DNA of 64,000 nucleotides from Albugo candida. Lineage: Eukaryota. The stretch's first letter is position 1. Each line of letters begins with the position of its first letter. The notes below the pieces were generated by a model. It searched no databases, had not been told where the DNA came from, and saw nothing but the letters and a program-made list of their open reading frames with translations. Positions 12,712 through 26,087 of this stretch are shown one piece after another. Both the position numbers and the translations under genes were made by a program. The stretch lies in the NCBI GenBank assembly GCA_040437565.1, contig JBDOQK010000064.1, forward strand, positions 124,001 through 188,000. The letters are read 5' to 3'.

Positions 12712-13343
12712 ATGTCTTTTAGTTTACCAAACAAAACGCAAAGTATTTTGGCAGCACATTTTCAGAAAGATAGTGATGAAATGGAAAACAAGCTGAGATG
12801 GGAATATTTTGGTTACTGGCTGCAAAGTATCGACTTTCTTCTCAACCTCACGAATCATCACTATAGTGTCAAGCGTAGAGACAATGCAGAAATGATCGTT
12901 CATCATGTGACCACTATAACACTGATGATGTCCTCGTACGCATTCGATTTCACCCGAATTGGCCTTTGTGCACTTATCATACACGACGTGAACGACCNNN
13001 NNNNNNNNNNNNNNNNNNNNNNNNNNNNNNNNNNNNNNNNNNNNNNNNNNNNNNNNNNNNNNNNNNNNNNNNNNNNNNNNNNNNNNNNNNNNNNNNNTAT
13101 TTTGGTTACTGGCTGCAAAGTATCGACTTTCTTCTCAACCTCACGAATCATCACTATAGTGTCAAGCGTAGAGACAATGCAGAAATGATCGTTCATCATG
13201 TGACCACTATAACACTGATGATGTCCTCGTACGCATTCGATTTCACCCGAATTGGCCTTTGTGCACTTATCATACACGACGTGAACGACCGTCTACCAGT
13301 GACCAACTTGTTTGCTTCTCCTGGGTGCGCTATTCTTGCATAG
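12712..13343 (+). pseudogene. Ceramide synthase (LAG1/TLC domain) fragment
   Basis: Lag1p motif RRDNAEMIVHHVTTITLMMSSYAFDFTRIGLCALIIHDVND. The frame ends about 18 codons later, with no clear N- or C-terminal remainder. A gap overlap duplicates part of it. Confidence 0.6.
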
Positions 13344-13699
13344 CTACCTGCTATACAAGGCCAGTGATTGTTGTGACTGAAGATGGATCTGGAACTTCCT
13401 ATATGCCCTATACCACAGTAGCAAATGAAAAAAAAGATGACATTTTTATATGTAAAAAGTAATAATTGGCAAGCTGTTAAACTGCACTTAGATGCAATAG
13501 GCTTCTGTACCCCAGTGAGCTCAAACCTGATTGTGTTGTGAAGGAACACCGGATTGGAGCCGCGATGTACGACTTGTGTGGCAGTACCGCTTCACCAATT
13601 AGTTAGAAATGGAAAATTACTTATTTATTTGGGGACTTTAGGATTTAATAGCACTTTTTCAAAAAGGGAGCCGCAATGGCCACAGACAATTAATTTAAT

Positions 13700-13782
13700 C
13701 AATCACAGCTCACAAAATTGAATTGTTGCTAAGTATGCCAGCCAATCAGGTCACTTGTACGCTTTTATACACAAGCTCATTC
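13700..13782 (+). repeat. MULE left TIR
   Basis: caatcacagctcacaaaatt...gccagccaatcaggtcacttgt...agctcattc is the reverse complement of 16706-16788 with a few mismatches. Confidence 0.9.
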
Positions 13783-16705
13783 ACTAGATATCCGCAGCAC
13801 TCTCAGCAGGCACGGACATGGAGCAGCAGCAGAACGAGCAATTCACCGCGCGGAAGACCATGGAAGAACATATGAATGTGGTAGCTGTTGCAAATGGCTG
13901 TGGAATCGTCACCAAGTCCTCAAACAGGCAACGAGATAGAGGACAAGTTGTTCCTACAAATGCGGTTGTGAAGGCGTAGATCGAAACCGTCACGGACTTG
14001 TCCAAGAAACAAGGATTCGGAAGGCGAAAGGCAGTGCACTAATTGACTGTCCTTTCAAAGGTGTTGGGCAGGAGTCGAAAGGTAAAGCCACGCATCATGG
14101 TTGAATGAGTTCACCGAGAATTCAACGTTCTCATTAACAATCTTCTCCCAATTACAGACGGCACCTGGTCCTTTACAATTGCATGCAACGAGATAAATAC
14201 GAACATTCCTCCACCAGGACCGCTCATCCCGTTCACACTCGCATCTCGGAGTCTCAAGAGGAAGCAATTGCTGGACTCTTTCAGTCCGGTTTGAAGGCTA
14301 GGCAGGTTCAAACCATCATGCTAGAGCAAGGCCAGCAATTGCAACTCACTAAGCGAAAGCTCTGGAATTTAAAGCAAAAGAATGCAATCGGGAAACTCGA
14401 TGGACGAACTTCAATGGATATGCTGTTCGAAACCTTCACGGAATTTGGGTTGGAAATGAATATCGAGAAAAGTTCCGATGCGTGCATCACACATTTGTTC
14501 TTCGCTCATTCAAAGAATGCGGAGCTCTTAAGGAAGAACCGTGACGTCTTGTTGCTAGATTGCACCTATAAAGCAAGCAAGACGAGATTTCCTTTGCTCC
14601 ACGTTGTTGGACATACCATGCTATAGTCCACGTTCTTGGCGGCCTTCGTTCTCATGAAGAACGAGGATGCTGACTCGTGTGTTACCGCCATCAGCTTCTT
14701 ACGACGACTTTTCCACGCCGACCATCAACCGAAAGTATTCGTTGTTGACCGAGAGCTTGCTCTCATGAACGCTTTGCGGAGAATTTTTCCTTTGGCAACT
14801 ATCCTACTTTGCATTTGGCACATTGAGAAGAACGTCGTCGCCAAATGCAAGATTTTTTTACTGGAAAGAATGATGAGTGGATTGCATTTTCGAAGGATTG
14901 GAGATCGGTAACTTGCCATTTGTTGTTTGTGATCAGTAATTTTCAGTCATGTTCTAAGTTATTCCCTGTTTTGCAGGTGGTTTACTCAAGCACGATCGCG
15001 GAGTTTAATGAAAATTGGGAAATGGTCCAGCTCATATGGACAGAACGCTACACGGAATATGTGGAGTATCTAGCCAAGACGTGGATCGATCCCCACAAGG
15101 AGAAATCGTNNNNNNNNNNNNNNNNNNNNNNNNNNNNNNNNNNNNNNNNNNNNNNNNNNNNNNNNNNNNNNNNNNNNNNNNNNNNNNNNNNNNNNNNNNN
15201 NNNNNNNNNGGATGCTGACTCGTGTGTTACCGCCATCAGCTTCTTACGACGACTTTTCCACGCCGACCATCAACCGAAAGTATTCGTTGTTGACCGAGAG
15301 CTTGCTCTCATGAACGCTTTGCGGAGAATTTTTCCTTTGGCAACTATCCTACTTTGCATTTGGCACATTGAGAAGAACGTCGTCGCCAAATGCAAGATTT
15401 TTTTACTGGAAAGAATGATGAGTGGATTGCATTTTCGAAGGATTGGAGATCGGTAACTTGCCATTTGTTGTTTGTGATCAGTAATTTTCAGTCATGTTCT
15501 AAGTTATTCCCTGTTTTGCAGGTGGTTTACTCAAGCACGATCGCGGAGTTTAATGAAAATTGGGAAATGGTCCAGCTCATATGGACAGAACGCTACACGG
15601 AATATGTGGAGTATCTAGCCAAGACGTGGATCGATCCCCACAAGGAGAAATCGTTCGAGCATGGACGAGTGAAAGAGTTCATCGCAAGCAGCATGGAAAA
15701 TCTGTTTGGGTGTTGTGAGCGGATAGTTCAGTCCATAAAAGCTTTCACATCGAATTCACCATAGAACTGGCGAAGTAGCAAATGAAAATTATACCTTTCT
15801 CGCAGCCGACCCCACGTGGTGACATTTTTGAACATATCGACCGGAAGATCTCTTTTTACGCCCTTCGGAAAGTATTTGAACAGGTTAATTTATAATATTC
15901 CTTTCTTCCTACGTGTTTTTCCAATCACTAAAGCTTCGCAATGACAGCTGGAAAAAAGCTCGACGTCTAATGGCAACTGGCGCGAAGCCATGCTCTTCTA
16001 CTTTTGCTACCATCTAGGGGATACCTTGCAAGCAACAGTTGCGGCAGATCATCGCAAGCGGGAGGAGGCTTGAATTGAGCGATTCGATGTTCATTGGCAC
16101 CTTCATCAATATTCTTCAGTACGGCCTCCAGTTGCAGCCCACTCAGATGATGCTCTGCTATTCCTTTTAGAAATGTTACGCGACAATTTCAGCAACCTAC
16201 CCTGACACCAGAAAGAGGCAGTCTTGGACGATCTGGAAGAGGTATCACAGATATTTCCGGGTGACTGGCTATTTTCCGTTTGATATTTCAATGGGTACTA
16301 ACGCTGTTTAAATAAGCAGACGCCACAAGTCCTCAGAGAGCCGGAGGTTGCTCGAACGAGAAGAAGACCAAGTGGAACAAGCAACAAAACCACGACGCGA
16401 TGAGACCCTTCTCAATTTAAATACGTGGAGGGGATGTCTCCCAGGAAGAGGAAGGCGCCGACGTGCGATGCTTGTCATCAAACGGAACACCGACGTTCAT
16501 CTGCAGCGCGCCCCGTCAATGCACAGAGCCGAAGTCAATATCTAGTAGCAGTCGAACGTCATCCCATCGAAGATTCTCAACATCAACAGCCACCTTTCCA
16601 ACATCCTACTCCTTGGAGTATCTACTATTGACCTACCACATATAGATATCAGAAAAAAAAACGTACCTACGCGAGGACAATATAAACGAAAACAGCGTAA
16701 GAAAC

Positions 16706-16788
16706 GAATGAGCTCGTGAATAAAAGTAGACAAGTGACCTGATTGGCTGGCGTACTTAGCAAGAATTAAATTTTGTGAGCTGTGATTG
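16706..16788 (-). repeat. MULE right TIR
   Basis: gaatgagct...acaagtgacctgattggctggc...ttttgtgagctgtgattg, the inverted partner of 13700-13782. Confidence 0.9.
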
Positions 16789-16985
16789 TTCAGATTATAG
16801 CGGATTACGCATCACGACGTTTATGTGTCGTGAAAAAGGGAAACTTGCATAGGCAATGGTCTTCGAACTATCTGGACGGAGCGATCAGTTGATGTGGGAA
16901 TTTATACATTCATTCTCAACATTGTTTTTAACTCTTAATTTCACTTTCCATTTTTAAGCACTGAGAAGTAGTTGTGCTTTCGTTG

Positions 16986-17326
16986 CAAGTTATGAGCCCA
17001 AACACATTAGCTCCCAATGACATCCTCACGGATGACAACTATTTCATGTGGTAATTAAATGCGCGCATGACCCTCGCGCGCAAAGACCTGTTGAATCACT
17101 TCATGATCAAGTCAGAGCCCGTAGTGCTGCAGGAGAATCCCGAAGGCTTTGTCTGTGCTGGTGAAGCTGCTCTCTCCAACCTATCAGTGTATGGTTCGGG
17201 AATGTGAGTCGGCTATTGAGGCGTGGGAGGTTCTTAAGACGTTCTTTGCGAAGAAAAACTTACACAACCGAGTGCAACTTCGAAAGCAATTACATGAGTT
17301 TGTGATGCAGACTGGTGCCGGTCTTA
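16986..17326 (+). mobile_element. Ty1/Copia LTR retrotransposon 5' remnant (PBS and degenerate gag), cut by a gap
   Basis: CA followed by AGTTATGAGCCCA (Copia-type PBS). Gag reads MSPNTLAPNDILTDDNYFMW*LNARMTLARKDL...SAIEAWEVLKTFFAKKNLHNRVQLRKQLHEF, with a stop and a frameshift. Confidence 0.8.
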
Positions 17327-20300
17327 NNNNNNNNNNNNNNNNNNNNNNNNNNNNNNNNNNNNNNNNNNNNNNNNNNNNNNNNNNNNNNNNNNNNNNNNNN
17401 NNNNNNNNNNNNNNNNNNNNNNNNNNTGAAAAAGTGGCGCATGTTCCCTATTTATTTTTCAGAAAAGTTAAGGGAGTAATAATGCAGTTTAACTCTTAAA
17501 TGAATATATCATTGCAAAAATTTTGTGGGGATATCAATACCCTAAAAATATTGAAAAATTTGGATGCATGGTAGGAATTTACAAAATTGATTTGATTGCA
17601 GTCTTATACAAAGGGCCCTACTTTTACGAATTTAGCACATTCGGAACAGCTCTTCTTATGTACATTCTCCGAGCTTCCGACATAATTAGCGCCATTGATT
17701 GTTCTACTTTGGCTCTGTACAGTGTTTGTGTGTTTTGGTGCGATCGATGTGTTGACTGGAACTGTTTTGAATTAAGCCAAACTCTGATATCTTGAATGTC
17801 GTGCCGAATGAAACATACCTTGGAAACGAATGTGCTGGACCGGATGGGGATGATAGGTTTTGTTTCCAAAGCAGCATATGCATGCTGGATAGGTGTGCCT
17901 GGCAGGATGAATGGACGAAATCGATTAAAAAAACTTCGTTGGTACACGAGTTTGTGGTAAATAGACAGGGAAAAATGAAGAAGCCGACATTCTGTTCTGA
18001 TCAAAAGCTCGGATGCAATCACCATATTCTATTGCAGAATTTTGACAGTCAAGCACATCCTGGTCTGATTCTTGGTAGATTTTTGGGTGAATTAGTCAGC
18101 GCATCACAAACCTTGACAATCATCATATATATTGCAAAGACAACTCTGCTGGTGTCTCTAGTATTTATTTACGCCTCCTTATGAAATACGTATCAAAACC
18201 AAGACAATCGTACACTGACCAATCCTCTGAGAAGGAAGATAAGAATTACGTTCACTGAAAACTCAACGAAGGATGGCTGTTCTTGTGATCGAGCTTGCAG
18301 CTCAAACGTAGTATCAATGACGTAAACTTGACTGATCAGAGCCTTGAACTACTGGACGATGCCACACTCCTGCCGAGAAGCGTTGGGTTCGTGAAGGAGT
18401 GCTTCTTCAAGGACAAAGAATACTACTGCTAAATTCACTGATGGTGCCTTCCTTGTAAGACTAAGGATACGCTCGAATCAGCTCGACTGATCCGATCTCA
18501 TTTCAATATACATTGTTNNNNNNNNNNNNNNNNNNNNNNNNNNNNNNNNNNNNNNNNNNNNNNNNNNNNNNNNNNNNNNNNNNNNNNNNNNNNNNNNNNN
18601 NNNNNNNNNNNNNNNNNCTTGTAAGACTAAGGATACGCTCGAATCAGCTCGACTGATCCGATCTCATTTCAATATACATTGTTTAAGAACCAGAGGTAAA
18701 AGTATTAAAAAAACGAAGCCTGTCGTACTGCTTTCCATGGTTGTTATGGCTAGCTATCAATCCTATCTCCTGCACATAATAACTCCAGTAGATCGGCTTT
18801 TTGAGAAAGCTGTTGCCCGACTGTCTTGAGTATGTGAGCTACCACAATACAAGTTTGAAGAATAGATACCAAGTGCAGCCCATTATCTTAAATCAGGTAG
18901 TCGCTTTTCTAGTATGTTGTTCAGTATGTCTTGCAATGCAAGAGGCACTAGGAGCTCCTGATTTCTCTAAGTGTAGATGTCAAGCCGCACGATTTTCGCG
19001 AATGGTAGGCATTCAGTCTAGCATCAATCTCAATGTTAAGCACGTTCCATCATGATTGACTTCAACTAACGCGCTGCTTGTCAAAACCGTCGACGCAAGC
19101 TAATGTGAGAAATGCCAGAACGATCGGATCGCAAGGAAGGGAGAAACTGATGACAGATATATTCTTCCAAGCAAAACACGTTTATTTCATGCCCAATATG
19201 ACATTTTAATTCTTACAGCGACTGCTAGTTGCATAGGAAGGCTCACCAGGTCCAAAATCTGTGTCTGTAAAAAGATGACATTTTCTTTTTTTGAAATAGT
19301 ACATCAAAGCACGGTACCATGGCATTTATTTGACGGCAAAATGTCTCCTCTGCTTTTGCTTCCACGAAACAAGTTTGATGATTCAGATATGTCAACCGCC
19401 TGATTTTTTCCAACTTGTCAACAGCTTCATCATTCTTTTCCCTTTGCGACGATTTTCTTCCGTCGCGATAATCGCCTCAATCGTCTGCGTCCAAGCTTCA
19501 GCCTAATATTGCCGTTCTGTATTCTTTCGCGCTGTTCACTGCTCAAAATGATTTCCAAAACGCTCTATTTAGGAGACTTCAATGTCTCGTATCCACTCGA
19601 AAATTGCAATGCATTTATTTGCGTCTCAACACAAAACATCTCGGCACTCACGTCCTTATTTTTAAGTCTTGAATACATCGTACGCGTACACTCTACTTTT
19701 CGGTCGAGCGTTCTGAACTTGTAAGCTGTTTTGCGTTCGTTCAAATTGCGGGGACAATCTTTTGACTTTTCACGTTCGAATCGCGTCGTGAATGTCTTGC
19801 TTTTACTAAAACAAATATCTCCCATTTCAGTCCATTTGCTCCATTGTCGTAGCACAGGTGAAACACACCAGAACAGATGCGATCTCATGTCAACTTGCGA
19901 CATATTCTTTTGGCTTATCGACTGTCTCTTACAACTCGCACTTTCACATAAAACTCGCTGACTGGAAGGACTTATGTTTACTTTCTCAAATCGCTTCGTA
20001 TAAAAAGGCAATGTTTTCTTGTTGCCAAAATCCGGCTGCTTCCATTTCTTCACACTTTGAGAATTCGCTCTGAAGCATACGAGGGAAATAGAGACGCTGA
20101 GCTTCTCGTTTGCATGTGGAGGCTGGCTCAAGCTGTACCTCTTCACCGTGATAAAAGCATTCCAGAAGTACAAGCTTGCATGACAAGATCATCATCCGGA
20201 GTTCTCGCGGCCCGACTCTTTCCTAATTGCTCGCATAATTCGAAACTTTTACAAAAAAAGNNNNNNNNNNNNNNNNNNNNNNNNNNNNNNNNNNNNNNNN

Positions 20301-20418
20301 NNNNNNNNNNNNNNNNNNNNNNNNNNNNNNNNNNNNNNNNNNNNNNNNNNNNNNNNNNNNCTCGCATAATTCGAAACTTTTACAAAAAAAGACTGTCAAA
20401 TTGCATGCAATAATCGCA

Positions 20419-22728
20419 ATGGTGCAAGTATCTGTGACAACGTCGTCCTTCCTGCAAGAAATCACAGCAGCAAACCAGCATTTCCAATCGGCTCATACAT
20501 TCGCAAATAGTTTCACGCTGGAATATCAGTCTACAATTACTTATTATCGTCTTACAGAAGAGGAAATCGAGGATCTAAAACAGAAAAATAACACTGCTGA
20601 AAATTGGAATCAAATCCTAAAGCTATCAGATGCAAAACTTCGTGTCGATCGAATCCAGTCTTGCTCGTTTCACGGATTCGTAGTTCTCGGTACATCGTCG
20701 CCAATTGACAATACACGCTATAAGTAGTTTTTTAGGAGATTTTGGAAGCAGCTGCGAAATGGTTGACGGTGTGCGTTTCCCCAGTGGCTGTTATAATTCA
20801 GCAATCAGCCACTCAATCATTTTGGATGACGCACTAATTCGGGACACTATCTTATTGCATCACACACTACTTCAGCCAAAAGCGATCGTTATTCGATGTG
20901 GAATACTGGGGAATAAATCTGACACACAAACGACAAAACATACTTTTGGAAATGGGCTGAGGATTAATTTGGGTGCTGAAACGGGAGGAAGAAACCTCAC
21001 AATAGTGGCTGATTTGACGTTTGAATGTAAGTGTGTAGCTCTGTCAACGTGATCGTCTCACATAATTTATAGTGGCGGCGATCTTGACAGAAAAAGGAGG
21101 TATAGAGCATGACGAGCTCCAAAAAAGCTATACAAAGCAAACGGAAGAGTATATGAGTGTCTTTGATCCGAGTGTATCGAGAATCATCATTGGAGAGGGA
21201 GCTCAAGTCTTATTCTGCTCGAGGCTGGAAGGATGTTTTATTGGCTCTAGAGCTGTGGTTGAGAATTCAGCGCTGTATAATGTCACGCTCTTATCAAATG
21301 AAAAAGAACCATCGTCTATTTCCGGCAATTCGATTGTGCGAGACTCTATTGTGCAATGGAACAGCACAATCGAATCGATGAGTTTTGTTGAGAGATGCTT
21401 ACTTTGTGACTCGTGTCGAGTGGAACGGAAAGGCATCGTGAAAGATAGCGTTCTTGGACCCAATTCATGCATTGCTGAAGGAGAAGTAACGTCGAGCCTC
21501 GTGGGGCCTTTTGTTGGATTTCATCATCAATCTCTACTTATCGCAGCAATCTGGCCCCAAGGACGAGGAAATGTGGCATATGGAGCGAATATTGGGAGTA
21601 ATCATACCTTACGCCTTCCTGACCAAGAGCTCTTTCCTGGAGAGGGGATGTTTTTTGGATTAGGTGTGAACATCAAATATCCCACCAATTTTATTCAGGC
21701 GCCTTACTCTGTGATCGCCTCGGGGGTATGTACCCACCCACAACGTATGGAGTTTCCTTTCTCGCTCATTGGAGCTCCAAGACAAATACTTGAGGGACTA
21801 TCGCCGGCTTTGAATGAGATTTCGCCGGGGTACGTAGGCAGTAAGAAATTGCTTGATAGTTACTAACGAACACATGTTAGCTGGGTTCTGAAACACAGCC
21901 TATTCACAATTCTGAGAGCTCAAACCAAATTTAAGACGCGGAACAAGTCGGAAAGGATGAAAAAAGCCTCCACCGAAATTCTTTACAATCGTGCAGACTT
22001 GGTTTCTATTATGAAAAGTAAGCATTTACATTACGAAACTCAAGCTTATATTCGCACACAGCTGCTAGGGAACGACTTCAGCATGCTCCGGCTAAGTTGA
22101 CTGCTCCAAAGCACTTCTATACGAACGCAACAGTACCGGGATTGGGCTCCAATTACATGACTGAGAAATCACGTGTCTCGGCCATCAACACATACACTTA
22201 TTTCATTCGATTGTGCGCATTGGAAGCTCTTCTTCGTCTACTTGAGCTGAACGGACCGTTGATGGGTAATATTCGGTCGATCGGTACATTTATGGCATCA
22301 AAGCCTAAGATGTCTTCTAGGTACGTTGCAAACTTGAGCTTTTTTATCTCTCTCATACGTTTGTATTAGCGACTCTGAGCTTTTAGCAGTTTTAGTGTCC
22401 GAATTCAAAAACGAGACGTTTGTAGGAGACTGTTTGCAGGAATTGGGTGTCAAGTCTGATGAGATTGCGCGACAAGTGGAGAACGAGATCAAAAGAGATG
22501 AAGCACGAGGTCTTGAGATAATTCCTTCGTACACGGCCGTCCACACAGCTGCCGATAAAGAGAAGACGGTGGAGGACGCTTACAGGTGAGCTTTGTAACT
22601 CACCTTTGACCAGATGGTGGCGTTAATCTCGCTTCAGGAATGCTGAAAGGATCAAGCATCGAATTGAGGTCGCGTTACGACAAATTGGATGCGTTAATGA
22701 ATGTTTGCCGAATGTTGATTGCACGTAA
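20419..22728 (+). CDS. DUF4954-like left-handed beta-helix (hexapeptide) protein, multi-exon
   Basis: Exon ORFs YYRLTEEEIEDLKQKNNTAENW, SGCYNSAISHSIILDDALI, GAETGGR and EGEVTSSLVGPFVGFHHQSLLIAAIWPQGRGNVAYGANIGSNHT, linked by short GT-AG introns. Stop TAA at 22726-22728. Confidence 0.72.
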
Positions 22729-22742
22729 GACATTATCCCGCA

Positions 22743-23668
22743 ATGGCGACCAAAATGTATGGAATGTTGAGATACTCGAATTCATTATACATGACACATA
22801 GTATCGTCTTTATAGCGCAATGAATCAATTAATAATGAAATACTTTGTGGATAAAGGTTTCTACGATATAGCGGAGGCATTTTGCCGGGAATCACAGACA
22901 AAACGCAAGTAAATTGCTGTGTTGATTCTTGCCGAATGGATGTTTCCTGAAGGATCAAATACTAGCCGATGTGAGTTTGGATGCAGTACAAATGCGCATG
23001 GAAATTCAGGAAGCTCTACTTTTGGGAAACATTTCATCAGCGCGAGTCAAATTGGCCGAAATTGATGCGAATGTGCGTGAAGCTCCAAGCTTTCCTCTCT
23101 GAACTGAAATGGTGCCCTTCGTAGCTTCTTCGTGAGCCAGCAAGCACCATCAACTTTATGCTCAACAAACAGCAATTCATTGAGATTCTTCGGACTGGAG
23201 ACGTCACAAAGGCTTTAGATTTTGCTGTCGGGTCTCTTGCTCCATTAGGCGAGCATAATGTACGTGAAGCTGTGAAAGAATGCTCTCAAAGAGAGCCTGT
23301 ATTTAGAACATTTTTTAGGAAGTATGGTTGCAGGAGCTCGAACAGACGATGGCTCTGCTGGCCCTCCGAGATGATTTACAGCTCTCGCAACACTTTTTGT
23401 TGAGTCAGGAACAACGTCTCAAAGTGGCGGATAAAATAAATCGACTGATTTTGACGACACAAGAAAAGAAAGCTGGTACGTTGATGCATTTGGATATGTG
23501 CAAGTCTCACGGAGAGCATTGTCAGCGTCGACAACGTTGCCGACACTGCTCCAGCAATTTCAATACATGAGTCAGCAGTTGAATAACAGCTCAAAAAAGT
23601 TGGCGGCTTCATCGGAACGCGACATTATTGGAGGCGATGTTTCATCCAATGACGAAAAATCTGGTTGA
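22743..23668 (+). CDS. GID8: GID8/TWA1-like LisH-CTLH-CRA protein, multi-exon
   Basis: LisH MNQLIMKYFVDKGFYDIAEAFCRES, CTLH RMEIQEALLLGNI, CRA QQFIEILRTGDVTKALDFA..LAPLG..ELEQTMALLA..QRLKVADKINRLIL. Short introns; TGA at 23666-23668. Confidence 0.8.
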
Positions 23669-26087
23669 ATGTGTATGCGTAATCTCAAAGACAACATTTA
23701 CATCCCTTTGTCAAGTACGATTCATAATGCATCAAAATAGCATCATAAACGCTGAAAGTAGTTCAAATGAACGGAGTTGAGTGAGTTGGGTCTCTCCATT
23801 TAGCGTTCGGAAGAGTGTCGCACCTGGCTTCAGTCGTTTGCAATCGATTGGAATACAATGATCATATTTAGTACCGATTGAAACGTCAAGTAGTTCAGTA
23901 CTACGGAAGCCGTCTCAATGTAGAATTACTGAAATCTGCTCAGTCATCTGCCTAATACTTGATAGCATCTTCAAGCACAATTTCACTCGTGAATACTTGT
24001 GAATAGTTTTTCGACATTTCTCGCGCGGATCGTCGCTTTAATTGCATTATAAGTCGACGTATGGTTATAGATGTACATGCGAGATATCCTTTTCCAACTT
24101 TAAGGAGTGGAGCAGCACCCGGATGAATTTATTTGTGGAACGATATCTCTCCTAGCGATGCCATTTCTCCTCCTTCCCACCGGCCGTAGTTGATGAATCC
24201 AATATGCTCGATGCTTGCAAGCAGAAGACGATCATTAAGACGGACGGTCGGAAGCGGCGCTTTTCACCACAAGAGATTTGTGCATTTTCATTAAGAAGAA
24301 CAGAATCCGCTTCCCACGACATATTCACTGCCATGATTACGTCCAGACAAGTTATACAAACAGCTCAAATATGATACTTAGTAAATGCGAACGCATCACC
24401 TTGTCTAGTAGTGCCGAATTGAGCTACCCTTGTGATCCAGACAACCAGGAGAATACACTTTCAAGAAATTGTGCGATGAGATAATCTAGCAAAAATGATG
24501 TTGTTAATGTATTCTAATGAGGTTACGGAACGCATGGAGCCATAGTGTATTCCCTTCCAAGGGACTGCCAAAGGAACAAACAGCGTCGGCTGACCTCAGC
24601 GAGACACTAACCATCCCACTAGAAACATCGCTTAAACATATGCTCTCTCCATCACTGTAATGCTGTCAGTCACATATTGGAATTCGATTTATAGACTTCG
24701 CTCTTGCTTAAGATACCTTGCTTCGTGATTTTCGTTATAGACTTGCTCAGTGAGAATCGACATGTGCGTCGAGGGTGCACGATACGATTAAGAGAAACAA
24801 CCCCTGACGCAGCGAAAGACTGTAGCGAGACTAATTTATTTCAATCGCTATGAATTTGCATTCGACCTCTGCCAACCAAAGCACGTCAACATATAGTGTG
24901 CTATCTCCACGCCCTGCAACACATGCTCTGCTGTTGCTTCTGCGAGCTTGGTACTAATAACCGAGACTGTCACTCCAGCANNNNNNNNNNNNNNNNNNNN
25001 NNNNNNNNNNNNNNNNNNNNNNNNNNNNNNNNNNNNNNNNNNNNNNNNNNNNNNNNNNNNNNNNNNNNNNNNNNNNNNNNTTGTGCGATGAGATAATCTA
25101 GCAAAAATGATGTTGTTAATGTATTCTAATGAGGTTACGGAACGCATGGAGCCATAGTGTATTCCCTTCCAAGGGACTGCCAAAGGAACAAACAGCGTCG
25201 GCTGACCTCAGCGAGACACTAACCATCCCACTAGAAACATCGCTTAAACATATGCTCTCTCCATCACTGTAATGCTGTCAGTCACATATTGGAATTCGAT
25301 TTATAGACTTCGCTCTTGCTTAAGATACCTTGCTTCGTGATTTTCGTTATAGACTTGCTCAGTGAGAATCGACATGTGCGTCGAGGGTGCACGATACGAT
25401 TAAGAGAAACAACCCCTGACGCAGCGAAAGACTGTAGCGAGACTAATTTATTTCAATCGCTATGAATTTGCATTCGACCTCTGCCAACCAAAGCACGTCA
25501 ACATATAGTGTGCTATCTCCACGCCCTGCAACACATGCTCTGCTGTTGCTTCTGCGAGCTTGGTACTAATAACCGAGACTGTCACTCCAGCAAAACACAT
25601 CGTGTATGCCGAGCGGAATGAAAAATTGCGTCAGGCTAGCGACCTTCCTTTCTCATCGATTTACAGTCTGAGGTACCGAGATTTTAAAAGTTCAGATTTG
25701 GATAAACTTTAAGAAAGTGTACAAGCCAAACTATTTTCTCACAAATTCAAGAGATGTAAGTCCGGTAGTCACGGTGGTGGACCGGCCCTTGCGGTTCTTT
25801 TGATAGCACACCGCAAATTGTCGACTCAGCATCAATTTCTTGGTGGGAGACCCAGCATTAAAGTATCTCATTAATCGCTGCGATGATTTGGTTGCTGCCA
25901 ATGCTGCGTGAACTTATGGAAATGGTTGGGATAGACGTTCAGAGAGCCAGCAACAAGAGATTATGAATGACTAAGTTTAACCATAAAGAATGTTCGATTT
26001 CTTAATAAAATCTCTTCGAAGTAAATTGCCACGCTCCATTTATAGGCGCTCCGTAAACAAATACACGCGATATTCTTGCGCATCAAA

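Larger units (their letters stand above)
13700..16788 (+). mobile_element. Mutator-like (MULE) DNA transposon, defective, with ~83-bp terminal inverted repeats
   Basis: TIRs at 13700-13782 and 16706-16788. MULE transposase LLLDCTYKASKTRFPLLHVVG..VVDRELALMNALRRIFP..LLCIWHIEKNV, with a FAR1-like N-terminus and C-terminal CxxCxxxxH. In-frame TAG at 14624-14626 and frameshifts. Confidence 0.92.

Noticed and set aside
17624-20195. Minus-strand ORFs of 133 and 202 aa as a possible multi-exon gene
   Set aside because: No recognisable domain or consistent splice model, and a gap interrupts the region; it could still be a real or decayed gene.
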